From positions 60,512,001-60,576,000 of the forward strand of contig NC_134471.1 in assembly GCF_964194025.1 (NCBI RefSeq): 64,000 bases of DNA, given 5' to 3'. The translations under genes and the position numbers were made by a program. The notes beneath the pieces were generated by a model. That model made no database searches. It saw only the letters and a list, made by a program, of their open reading frames with translations, and was not told where the DNA came from. This document shows positions 12,358 through 24,657 of the stretch, in pieces (position 1 is the first letter of the stretch; every line of letters begins with the position of its first letter). This DNA comes from Convolutriloba macropyga (Eukaryota).

Positions 12358-13505
12358 TAATCTTCCTCACATTTATAATTTTATAAATTTTGTGTTTAAT
12401 ATTTGTTCTGATCAGTTATGAATCTTGAAACTGGCTACCTTTTCAAAGATTTTAACCTATTGCGATTAGCCGTGAAAGTGTTCTCTTGAAAGTAACAAGA
12501 TTCAGTTAAGCTTCTGCATGTTTTATTTCGAGCTGTTTTGATAATTTAAAAATTTATAATTTTAGTGCCTTTGAAAGCTTCTTTTATTTCAAATGCTGCT
12601 GTATTTCTTTCCATAATTCACCTATTTTGCTGACTTGTTTTTCGAAATTGAACTCGGTGAAATATTAAGGAAGATTTCGCCTGGAGTCCTGCAAATTTCA
12701 AATTTTTTTGACGAGGAAAGTTCCCCTTAATTAGCAGTGATCGAATTCGACCACACTGACTTCATTTTGTGTTCATTTTTGTACATCCTCCTGCCCTCCA
12801 CCGATTAAGCGTTCCTCGCGTGTTTTTAATTGTTCTCTAACAAAAAAATAGCGTCCGTTACTTCAGTCCTGTCGATCTTTCTGTTTTGAGCAATTTTTGA
12901 TAGTTTTTCTAACCATTTGACTTTTCGTCTGACCATTTGGCATCAGAAACGAGGTGAACAGGTAAAGCCCAGAGGGCATTAAGTGGCTTAACAGTTCTCT
13001 TGGAGTTCAGTCGTTAAGTGAAATAGTCGCTAAGCCTGTAACTATATCGGCGAAGTTGCCGAGAAAACATTAAATCATGGCGTGGTATAGTTTCTGTAGG
13101 TTTAGATCATACCACCTAACTCACCCTCTCACCCCCACGCTCCACTCCACACAACCCACCGCATTCCACCCTTAACACCGCACACTCGACACCCTTGAGA
13201 CCCACCACTCCGTTCAATCCCCTGCCTCAAACCCCCCAACCCCTCTCAAGTAAACACACTCCCCCCAACGCTCCAAACTGCTTCCGTATATATTTTTTCT
13301 GCCTTCAACTTCTTCCTAATTGTCAGAAATTAAGCTAAGCTTAGTGTTAATGAAAATTATGAGATAATATTCTGATACCTTGATTTTGTTGAAGCGTAGA
13401 TTAATTTGAAAGCAGTAAATTCTGCAGGAATACTCTTTGAACGTGTACTCTATGGATCTTGAATGAGAGCCTTTTTCAAATCTCAATTGAGATTTCATAG
13501 TTATT

Positions 13506-14016
13506 AATAGCCGCGAAGCAATAGCTGAGGCTATTGTTGGCCTTCTCTTGGTTTTTTATTTCGTCGTTATGATTTTTGTTACGACCATATGACGTCACAA
13601 CCACTTCAAATCTGCTTTTTGTTCATTCCTTCATGCATTTTCAACTGATTTGCGTGCGTGACGTCATTTTTCACTCTTAGTGGAGCGAGTTTTTTGTTCA
13701 TTTGCGTGATTAAATTTTTAGTCACACTTGACTCACCTCACTCTTAAAAATGACTTCTTCACACTAAAATTGACTTTTCTTTGCTTTAATTCAAAGAGAT
13801 AAGGTAAAATTAGTGCTTGTCACTCTAATTGAAGGTTTTTTAGGAGCAGCAAATAGAAACAGGAATAAATTATATAGATTTTTAATCAAAATTTAACATC
13901 TCAGCGCTTTATGAAAAAAAAAATAAGTTTCTTTTTGGTTTGTTTTTTATCATGTTTTGAGACTACAGATCTATGAAGCTATTGCGGCTATTTTCTGGCA
14001 ATTTGCCAGCTATGTT
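13506..14016 (+). mobile_element. Simple (un-nested) Helentron/DINE-1-like element
   Basis: TT-AATAGCCG...GGCTATT 5' end; 3' subTIR GCGGCTATT, hairpin CTGGCAATTTGCCAG, CTATGTT. The interior carries two TGACGTCA sites and recurs many times in the window. Confidence 0.65.
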
Positions 14017-14059
14017 TAAATATTGGTAACTTGACGGCGTTTTCTGAATGCGAGTATTC

Positions 14060-14700
14060 TTTTGTTTTTTTTTTCATCAGTTCTTAACATGTGATCGATA
14101 GTAATCGTTTTCAGAGTTCCGCTTCTTCTCACTAAAGGCCCATGCGGCTGTATAACACCACAACAGGTAAGCACAAGTACATGCGCTAAATTGGGAAGTA
14201 TCGTGCTAACGCAAAAGTGTTTGAAAAATAATTCAATCAACTCTCGTTGAGATGACAGCTGTTGCAGTTTTACGCAACCAGGAATTGTGCGAAGAGCAAT
14301 GTTTGTTGTGTTTGGCAAGTGGTTCCAGTTTGTATTGCTGATTGTGGAACCCCAAATGGGAGCACCGTAGTTCAGGACTTAGTAGTTGTGTCAGAGTGTC
14401 TTTTTGTGCAGTCCCAGTCGCTACTAAATCTTTTTCTGTGTCATTGCGGTTGGGTAGTTTCTCTTTGGTGCTCCATATTCTCCAAAATTGAGCTTACTAT
14501 CAAAGATGACACCAAGTACTTTGACTTTGGACTTCACTGGTGTTGGTGAATTGTTGATAGTGAGGTGTAGGTGAAAGTTGGCGTCCTTGCTACAGTTTGT
14601 GAACGCAGTGGCACTTGATTTCTCGACTGAATGATATGAAGGACCGACACTAAATGATACTTGTAGGGACTGCGTGAAACCACACCAACAGTAGAGCAAT
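14060..14700 (-). pseudogene. Degraded 3' fragment of a non-LTR retrotransposon (Jockey/I-like)
   Basis: KVLGVIFDSKLNF and ALRTIPGCVK motifs on the minus strand; A-run near 14066-14074. Confidence 0.55.
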
Positions 14701-17089
14701 TAAATGGCAAACAATAAAAGTATCTATTTTTTCAATGCAACTATTGAACCAGTGAAAGACGGCAATTAGAGCCGATATATACCCGCGCAAAAAATTAGAG
14801 CAAAAAATACCCGCGAATCACAGCTCTGTGTGACAGCTACAACAACATGACAGCTGATGCATAGCTTGGTAGTCAAATAAGTTTGTTGATCTCTATGGAT
14901 ACTACGAAAATCTGAAGCAGTGGTGTGACTCTGTGATTAAACTTCGATTTTCTTGTTTTCTCAGCGTAAGTTATATTCCACTGTTGTTATCGGAACGACA
15001 GCTGGTTTAGAATATGCTCTCTCAAAGCTATTGAACAACTCGGACTTCGCCTCGGAGAAAATATGCGGACAACAAGTCTCTAACGTTATTAAGAAATTTT
15101 TTGGGTCGTTGGCTAGAGCTGTTCTGGATACTTTCTAGGAGTGCTCGGTATTATGTTCCGACCTATCTCAATCGTACAGTTCCAAAGGCGAACAAAGATT
15201 ACCTCAGCGGTTTCAATATTCATATCTAATAGTTTACGGTCATGAAGGGCAACCCTTAGAGAGATATTCTTTTCAGATTTGACGAGGCAACTGACAACAC
15301 CAGAATGAAAACTTTTTATTGCCAATTTTAATAGCCAGTTTTTTAAATATTCGCTCTTTCACTGAATTTGTGGCTTGTTAAAAAATTTTTCATAAAGAAA
15401 GCATAGACTTTCATGAGCCACACATTACAAAAAGATACACTTATTACGGATATGGGCTCCAACGGCCCTTTCTGAAGTAATATGGCTGTTTTCAATCGTT
15501 TCATATCCGACCAAGTGACTGCAAACCCTCCCTATGTAGCTGACAGTTATCAAAAACTTGACGAGAGAAGTTTAAATGAGGTTAAAAGTAACTTTGTGCG
15601 TTAAAATTGCAGAATTTATAACATTAGGAGGTACTGAATGATGCTATCGAAACAATCAAGCTATCAAGCGCTTACCATATTGGCACAGATTAGAACTGGT
15701 TAGTGCATTCTCTTTTCATTTTTGAGACAAACCTTGATTCCTATTGCTGATAATGGGGACAATTGTCAAGATATTGAAACTTATTCCGCAAGCATTCAGC
15801 CGAGAAAATAGGACATGTGTTCTTTGATATTAACTAGATCAGGAGCAATGAAACGGTTATAAATCTGAATTCGATTTCAGATGGTAATGACATTGGATAA
15901 CTTGATTACTGTAATTGAGCTAAGTATGGAAGTTAGCATGACGCCTAATTAGTGTACCTGTTTCTTCAATAGTGATTAAACGAATTGTAACACCGCTTCT
16001 CAGTGATGCTGCAGTCATGGTCGACAGAAGGATTGTTTTGCACACAGTGAGCTGAGTTGACGCATAAAAACGTAAGTGTGCATTAGACTACACATTTTTT
16101 GACATATTGAGATATTAGAGGATTAAATCTAGGCATTTTAGTGAAAGCATTAATAAAGGGTATCGAAAAGCAGAAGTCACTGCCTCATTTCCAAGCGTAT
16201 CTGATTTTGTCATCCGCGTTCATCTCTATTAATAGATAGTAGCAATCACTTGTTGAATTAATTATTTAATCGTATCAATGGGCTGTTTTGCGTCTGTAAA
16301 TTTGGTATCGTTACGATTTTTCGTCTGAGGCTTTAAACTTTTCCTCCTCAAAAACGCGAAAGTTGTCCTGAGGTCATTAAGTGGCTGAGCAGCTCTCTTA
16401 GCGCCTTTGTAGTATCTTAGTGTGCGATTCACAGTTGTCAAAACAGTTGAGAAATAAAATTATTGTGAAGTGGGGTTCCTAGAAATTTAACCCCCTTGCC
16501 CCTCATCCTCTTTTCCCCACCCTCACCCCACCCTCCGACTGGCGATCTCGACACCCTCCTCGTCTGCGCTCCCAAGCAACCTCCAATCTCGTTCCGTCTC
16601 AACTTGTGCAGAAATTTCTCAGCTGACCACACTTCATAACGTTACATTTTATAATGCACGAAAAGGTTTGTAATATATTTTTCATAAATCAGCCTTTAGA
16701 TCCGCTACATATCAGTTATTGTTAAGCAAAGCATAAATATGCATTTCGCAATTGATTGTTTGAAGAAATTATTTTATATTTAAGTTTATGAGCAGCTATC
16801 AATTCTGTTTATGAGTTTATGACTGAATTTTGAAAAAGTAAAAACTTAAAAAAACTGTTGTCGAGAAGTTGCTTTTTCATAGACTTTCTTTAATTATTGA
16901 CTTGCTTTTATAAACAGCATAGTGCACTGCTGAAAACCACGCAAAGTCTGCTTCGTTCAACTTCAGAACTAAGTGCAAAATAGCTTATTAGATTGGTGCA
17001 AAATGTAAATTTAGCAACGGAATTTCAGATCAGAGATATTATTATAAAATGCATTTTCAAAATTCAAATCTAGGTAAAGTTATATGTTT

Positions 17090-18765
17090 AATAGTCGCAC
17101 AGCGATAGCTGGGGCTATTATTGGCCTTTTCTTGTGTTTTACAATTTAAAGAATTTGAATTGTATTCGGGCGCTGTCTTTTTTACGATTCGAAGAGGAGT
17201 ATTGGAGAAGTCCTTTTTTAATCAATTTTATTGGAGTGAATTTTGAAGCGAGAAATGAAACACGTGAAAAAAGTTGGAGTGATTTTGTTGCTGAACAAAA
17301 TGAAGAGTGGAGCAAAAAGAGAGTGGTTTTTTGTTCATATCGCTGTTTTCCAGAGAGCGAGAAATTGAGATGTGAAAAAAATTCTGTAAGCGAGCGAAAT
17401 TTTGTATTCACGTCCGGCATTTTAAAGCAGTCTTGTATTTTTTTGGTTAAGAAGTTTGTTTTGATTTTGTTTTAATTTAAGCTGGTATTGTTAGTGGTTT
17501 GCAGGTTTCTGGAAATACATATGAATTTTATGCTAATTCGTAGGTTTTTCATGTATTTTGCTAATTTTTGGGCTATTTTTGCGATGTTTTGACGATTGTT
17601 TCGTTTTACTGGTTCAAATGGGTATTTAAGAGACTTTAAGTGGTTACAGGTTTTTGGATATCAATCATTTTTTTCTTTAGGAATATGACAAAAAATGGCA
17701 AAAATTGGAACTATTTTTCTTCAATTTTTGCAGTTTTTCGTTTTTTTTTAGTTAAGTTTCTTAGCCTATCATGACTTGACTATTGTTTTGCGAATATATG
17801 GGTACCCTATTGACTGAAGGGAATTTTTCTTTGGATTTATATGCTTTTGTAATACTAAAAAATTTACTAACTTTTTCTAGTTTTTTAGTGCAAGTTGTTT
17901 GTAAGAGCTCTTTTTTCATTATTTGGCTTCAAGTATTTTTTAAAAGTTCTCATAATTGAGTTTAGTTGGCACTAGGGGTTTTGTTGAAGTAATTCGGGCA
18001 GAAACATTTATTTCGGAATCTCAATTTATGACAAAATTTGATTAGCTTTTCTTAATCATATTTTAACAGATTTGTTTTTGTTTTTTCTTTTGTTTTAATG
18101 GTTTTATTTCAAGATAATCATAATTATGTGGAGGAACCTTTTGTCTGATGAGTAATTGGATGGCGTTTGATTGGTTTTGGATATCGAGGCGTTTCCAGAA
18201 TTCTTCTGGCTATGTGTTTTTAAGGTCTGTTCACATATTTTAGTAATTTTTGAAGTCAAATTGGAGTAGTGATTTGGTCTCGCAGAAACAGGAAGTGGAG
18301 CGAAAAAGCGAGGGTTATTGCGGCGTGGATTTTTTCGCTCTAATTTTTGTTACGACAATATGACGTCACAACCACTTCAAATCTGCTTTTTGTTCATTCT
18401 TTCACGCAATTTCAACTAGAGTGCGTGCGTGACGTCATTTTTTGCTCTTGTTGGATCAAGTGTTTTTGTTCATTTGCGTGATTAAATTTTTGGTCGCAGT
18501 TGACTTACCTCTCACAAAATGACTTCCTCACTTTGAAATGGACTTTTATTTACTTTAATTCGAAGAGATAAGGTCAAACGGGTGTGTGTCACTCTAAATG
18601 ATGGTTATTAGAGCGCAGCTAATAGAGGCAGCAAAAACTTATACAAATTTATAATCAAAATGTAACATATCAGCCTTCAATGAAAAGACGAATTTTTTGG
18701 TCTGTCTTTTTTACTGTTTTTTTGAGACTGCAGATCTATTTTCTGGCAATCTGCCATCTATGTTT
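17090..18765 (+). mobile_element. Nested Helentron-like composite (A' > C > B)
   Basis: Three successive 5' ends at ~17090, ~17140 and ~17184. B-type 3' hairpin at ~18195; A-type 3' hairpin at ~18743. Confidence 0.6.
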
Positions 18766-19638
18766 ATATATAGAGCCACATTAAATTGAAATGGCTGAAA
18801 TTCTGCTGAGAAACGACAAATGAAATTGCCCAACCTCAATCTTTAAAAACGAATTTTTTTAAAAACTCTTCTTGAATTCTGGGCTCAGAGCATTCAAAGG
18901 ATACCACAGATTTTTCTCTGGGTTGACACGAAGCAGAAAAGTCTGCACTTTAACTGTCACTAATACTAGATTTATGATTGTAATGAAAACCGCTTCACTT
19001 TGTTGTTAGCAGATCGAACAGGATGTTAGTTCAGGAAAAAAACTGAATTATTTTTAAAAGCAAAAACAAACAATATAAGAGCGAAAATGACAATTTATAT
19101 GAATTATTTGTTCGAAAGAAACAATAGTACTACTATAAACAAATTGTTTTGAAATTGTTAAGTTTTTCAGAATGATCAATTAGAGAGACTATTAAACAAT
19201 TAAGAGACTATTAAAGTATTGAACAAATTATGATCATTCCAGAGAGAGCACCAAGAAAGGCCTTTCAAGTGTTGAGTCCGGAGAAAAATGTGAACTAGCT
19301 ATTATTGACTAGTTAAGGTTGACTGTGTATTGTAAGTGTTTTGTCAAAATAAAATTAGGAAGGGCTATATAGAGGATAATTGTGTGTAAAAAGAATATTT
19401 ATATTTAATTATATAGCGTCAGAACAGAAAAAAATCAAGCCACTTCGTGCGTGTACATTACGCTAAGATCTAAGTAAATGTCTAATATCAATAACTATAT
19501 AGCACCAAGTAAGTGCAATGGCAAAAAATTAATTATAAGTCATCAATAATTTCCAGCTAATAAAATTTCTGTTTTTCAATCAAATTTTATGTGTCAACTG
19601 TTAGGATTCTAAGCAGGTGGAACTACTGTGGAATTGGA

Positions 19639-19705
19639 CCAGTACTGGATTTGAACCAGCATCTCTTTCTTGCAAGCCTGTTGTGCTAACCATGAGACCA
19701 ACTGG
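19639..19705 (-). repeat. tRNA-like / SINE head
   Basis: Reverse complement reads CCAGTTGGTCTCATGGTTAGCAC...TTGCAA...GGTTCAAATCCAGTACTGG (A and B boxes). The anticodon stem is degenerate. Confidence 0.5.
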
Positions 19706-22234
19706 TCTGAAGTTTTCGAACTTGGGCATCTCTTATAGCTCATTCTCATGTCCTTTTTTGCTCCTCAAGGTTTCGTTTCTCTAGCCAAGTATATGTTGAA
19801 CAAGTATAGGTTTCTGTCAAGATTACCTTAAGCACAATGTGCATTAGATTGATTTCTCTCCTCTGAACCTTCTAACAACAACAGCCTGATACGGCATGAA
19901 CCAAAAACAGCTGGCGATTTGTTAAAAAATTACCCTGATGACCTCAATTGGAATTTGCTGTGTTCTCTGAAGTAAAAGAACGCAGTTTTTTTGTTTAAAA
20001 TGACATGACCAGTGGATATAAAAATGTTGGCTCAATCTGTTTTCGAGATATTCAAGTAGTTGGTATCTCAAACCATGCTTTTACTGGGTTTTTCGTTTAT
20101 CGACCTGAGCTGCATTGACTGAAGACTACAAGTTTGATGGCGTTCTAACTGCAGACGCCATGAGCAGAAGAATTGGGGGAAAAACTAAGCCTAGAGATGC
20201 CAAAATAATCACTCAAGTTGTTTGAAAAACCTCAAAATAAACAATTATTTGGTTCACAAAATAAAAAAAACATAGCAGGAAAGTCCTGAAATACAATTCA
20301 AAGAATTGAATGAAGAACTTAGAAGTACTCTACCTGACCAGCAGATCAATTGAACATGGCAGCCAAAAGACAAACAAAATCATCTCAAGAAATTAAGAAA
20401 CTAAAACAATCAAACAAACTAAACAAAAATATACTCATTACTAAAACTCTTGAAGCTCTTACCCCTTAGGCAAAATTTCATCCCTTTAAATATGCCTATT
20501 TCAAAAATATGCTCATGGCCACTTTTTGTTTTTGGAACTGGTCCAGTACTATGTCTGCATGGCCTGCAAAAATTCATTGGCCCTTGAAGATCGTTTAACT
20601 CAAAAATTACCAAAAATTTAAAAATTGAAATCAATTGAAAACTTTAATAAAATTTGGCTGAAAATCGTGATATTAATATCTTCAGAATCATTTCTGTGTC
20701 TCTAGAGGCTATCCATTAACCCAATTCTAAGCATTAAAAAAATCATTGGCTCAAAGATCGATAGGCAATAATTTTAAGAAAAAAATCTCAAATTTCAAAC
20801 AATAGAAATTCGTTCCATTAAAATGTTGAAAACTGTTCAATTGCGCCCTTGAACTATATAAAAACATACTGTCAAACCCAGGATAAAGTTAGCTGGCTCC
20901 TGAGGCAAGATGAAAAAAAATGAATAAAAGACAAATGTTCTGAAAAAACTTTAAAAAAATTGCAAATTTTATCAAAAACTTTCACAAAATTCGAAAGTTT
21001 AAATTGTTCAAAACAAATCCATTGCTAACAACCATGCAGTATCTCTTTATCAGACCGTGGAATAGGTTTTCTGGCACTTGAGCGGGAACAAATATCAAAA
21101 AATGACAAAAACTGTAGGAAACTTTGAAAAAATTGCAAATTTTATCAAAAAAATGCAAAATTTCAAGACATTAAAATGTTGGAAACCAATCCATTATTAC
21201 TAGATACTATGCTGTCGTCTTCTATAAAACCGCAAAGGACATTTCCTGGCCCCTGAAGCTGGAAAACTTAAAAAATGACGAAAATTTTTGAACAAACTTG
21301 AAAAAATAGCAAAAATTAGTATCATTTTGCGTGTTTGTATTTGTAGTACCAAAATACATAGCTCATAGACGCTCATAGCGATTTATATTGTCTTGCAAAA
21401 AGGCCTTAATCATTTTTCAAAATTTTCAACCCAAGAAATCAAACAAAAAACTCAAAAAAAAACACAGAAAACATGAAAAAATGTAATATTTTGAGCCCAA
21501 AAACTCCTAAAAATGACCTTTTAACCTTAAATTAAGGCCATCCCAGCAGCTGCACCACTATAAGCACTTGAAGGACTACTGAAGCCCACTTTGGGCCTCT
21601 AATGAAACTTAATGCCCGCTGGGCTTTACCTGTTTATCCCGTTTTAAAAGATCAAACTCATTGAAAAATATAATTTAAATTCTTTGAATTGTAAAAAACA
21701 TAGCAGGACAAGTTCTGAGCAACAATTCAAATAGTTTTTTTTATTCAAGAAACTAGACATCAAATGGACTATGAAAGGATTGGAGAATCCATTTTGAAAA
21801 AAAAATCAGAAAAAAAAATCAAAAAGTAGTAAAGATGCCGCATTTGAAGAACCAGTAGCCAGAAAGTGAATTTTTGTTCAAACACCGTTTTTTCATTCTT
21901 CGTCAAAATTAAAGCGGAAAAATGCGCGCCACAAAACCGCTCGTTTTTTCGCTACACTTCCTGTTTCGACATGACCAATATCATCAGTTCACTTTGACTT
22001 CAATTATGAAAATGTGTGAACAGATCTTTAACAGCGACCCAATGCAATTCAAAAATTGTTTGAATTGTAAAAAACTGCAGAAGTTCAAAATAACATTTTA
22101 TAGTGCACGGCCAAGAAGTGGGCGTCCGCTTGATACAGAAGTCAATTTGACATGATAAGTAAACATTTTTTGATACATTTTTGAGAAAGTGATAAATTTT
22201 TTGAGAAATTGATGGGCACAATTTTTCAAGCCTT

Positions 22235-23660
22235 AGTAGTAATAGTTAAGCAAGAGTGGGGGGGTAAAAAGACGTACCTATGTATAAAGATTACGTATAG
22301 CCCATATTCCCTCAAATCCCAAAGACGTACCTCACAGCATGATACCCAAGGTGTTCAAGCGAGGGGGATTAGAAAGTTAATCCCTTAATATTAAATTAGT
22401 AAGGTCATTCACTCATTCCCATATTGCACTTTATTAATGTAAATTTCCAAAGACGTACCTCACAGCATGACACCCAAGCTGTTCTCACGAAAGGGATTAG
22501 CAAGATAGTGCCTTAACAGCAAATCAGTAAGGTCATTGACCCCTACCATATTAGACTTTACTGATGTCAATTTCCAAAGACGTACCTCACAGCATGACAC
22601 CCAAGCTGTTCTCACGAAAGGGATTAGCAAGATAGTGCCTTAACAGCAAATTAGTAAGGTCATTCACTCATTCCCATATTGCACTTTTTTAATGTAAATT
22701 TCCAAAGACGTACCTCACAGCATGACACCCAAGCTGTTCTCACGAAAGGGATTAGCAAGATAGTGCCTTAACAGCAAATCAGTAAGGTCATTGACCCCCT
22801 ACCATATTAGACTTTACTGATGTCAATTTCCAAAGACGTACCTCACAGCATGATACCCAAGCTGTTCTCACGAAAGGGATTAGCAAGATAGTGCCTTAAC
22901 AGCAAATCAGTCAGGTCATTGACCCCCTACCATATTACACTTTACTAATGTCAATTTCCAAAGACGTACCTCACAGCATGACACCCAAGCTGTTCTCTCA
23001 AAGGGGATTAGTTAGGTAATGTTTTGATAATAAATTAGATAGGGTGACTCATTTACACTTACGTACGGTTTACTAGATTTCCAAAAAACGTACCTCACAG
23101 CTTGATACCCAAGCTGTTCACACGAAAGGGATTAGCAGGATAATGTTTTAATATTAAATTAGGTAGGATGACTCATTTACAGTTACGTACGTTAGACGTG
23201 ATTTTCAAAAATGTACCGCACAGCAAGATACCCAAGCTGTTCACACGAAAGGGATTAGCAAGATAATGTTTTAATATTAAAATAGATAGGATGACTCATT
23301 TACACTTATGTACAGCTTACGTGATTTTCAAAAATGTACCTCACAGTATGATACCCAAGCTCTTCACACTAAAGGGATTAGCAAGATAGTGTCTTAACAA
23401 CAAACTAATAAGGTCATTGACCCCCTAACATATTAGACTTTACTAATGTCAATTTCTAAAGACGTACCTCACAGCATGATACCCAAGCTTTTCACACGAA
23501 AGGGATTAGCAGAATAATGTTTTAATAATAAATTAGGTAGGATGACTCATTTACAGTTACGTACGACTTTTCAAAAATGCGCCTCACAGCATGATACCCA
23601 CGCTGTTCACACGAAAGGGATTAGCAAGATAATCCCTCAATAACAAACTAGTTTGGCTTG
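22235..23660 (+). repeat. Left TIR region: tandem array of 11 units of ~116-128 bp
   Basis: Core AAAGACGTACCTCACAGCATGAYACCCAAGCTGTTCWCACGAAAGGGATTAGCAAGATA starts at ~22321, 22449, 22576, 22704, 22832, 22960, 23084, 23208, 23331, 23458 and 23574. Confidence 0.95.
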
Positions 23661-23670
23661 CTCATATATT

Positions 23671-24295
23671 AGCCACTACTCCTATTCATTATTTCAAACA
23701 ACTTCTAGAAATCAGTTGGTTGAAATTTTAGTTTAATTTTTCTTTTTTCAGATAGTGTTTGTTTCTTTCTCCTTTCAGCAAGAAGAGTTTCAAGTTGAAC
23801 ATTTGCAGTGTTGAAGCGGGTAGGCAAACAAATTTAATAAATAGAAATTTTCCTTTGTTTCTGTATTTAAACTGGACCATTTTAGCCAGCCAAAATATCC
23901 CCAAATATTAGATATTGCAACACATCACTTCAATTCCAAAACCACAAAAAAACTGGTAAGTTTGCGTTTATTAAGCCGCTACTATTCCCAAGCCACTACT
24001 CCTATTCATTATTTCAAACAACTTCTAAAAATCGGTTGATCCAAATTCTAGTTTAGTTTATCCTTTTTTTTCAGATAGTCTTTGTTTCTTTCTCCTTGTT
24101 GCCAGTTTCAAGTTGAAGACTTGCAGTGTTGAAGCGGGTAGGCAAACAAATTTAATAAATAGGAATCTTCCTTTGTTCCTGTATTTAAACTGGATCATTT
24201 TAACCAGCCAAAACTTCCCCCTATAGTAGATATTGCAACTATTCACTTCACCTTTAAATCCAAAAAAGAAACTCGTAAGTTTGCTTTTATTAAAA
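23671..24295 (+). repeat. Diverged direct duplication of ~320 bp inside the Polinton
   Basis: Both copies start AGCCACTACTCCTATTCATTATTTCAAACAACTTCTA (23671, 23991) and end GTAAGTTTGC.TTTATTAA. Confidence 0.9.
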
Positions 24296-24361
24296 CCTGT
24301 TTTTGTGGTAGGAATATATACCCAATTATTGAATTAAAAAAACCATTAATAATCATAAAAT

Positions 24362-24475
24362 TCGCACGTGATTAGACAATTAGTCACTATTTTATAGTCA
24401 CAATTAATCATAACATCACAATTACATCATAGCTCGTCACAATTAGGTCATAGTGTTGTCATAATTACGTCATAT
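24362..24475 (+). promoter_or_regulatory. Putative pPolB promoter: phased ~20-bp motif array
   Basis: Five TCAYAATTA-N(1-2)-TCAY-like motifs plus CACGTG and TTACGTCA upstream of pPolB. Confidence 0.5.
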
Positions 24476-24657
24476 TTATTAAAGGACATTTCATTTCCGT
24501 TTTATTTTCATTTTTCTGATTTACAGAATTGAGTGCAGTTGAGAACAATAATCATTACAACTTTTGAAAAATATTTTATTCCATCGCAACTTACATTAAC
24601 ATTTTTTTCACTCCTCCTTTCTCACTCCTAATCTTACAGTTTATTTTCTTTCCAGAG

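Noticed and set aside
13120-13275. C-rich tracts as telomeric or special repeats (also ~16490-16590, ~58375-58470)
   Set aside because: No regular unit; low-complexity part of an old dispersed repeat.
14950-16300. hAT/Buster-type transposase remnant
   Set aside because: Only an isolated FDEATD-like motif near 15278; no continuous frame or TIRs could be established.
22321-23660. CRISPR array
   Set aside because: Linkers are not unique (about three recurring classes), the repeat is ~58 bp, there are no cas genes, the context is eukaryotic, and the array is mirrored at the other element end.
22321-23660. Ribozyme in the TIR repeat unit
   Set aside because: An ACAGC/GCTGT stem and CGAAA are present, but there is no CUGANGA core in the required position.
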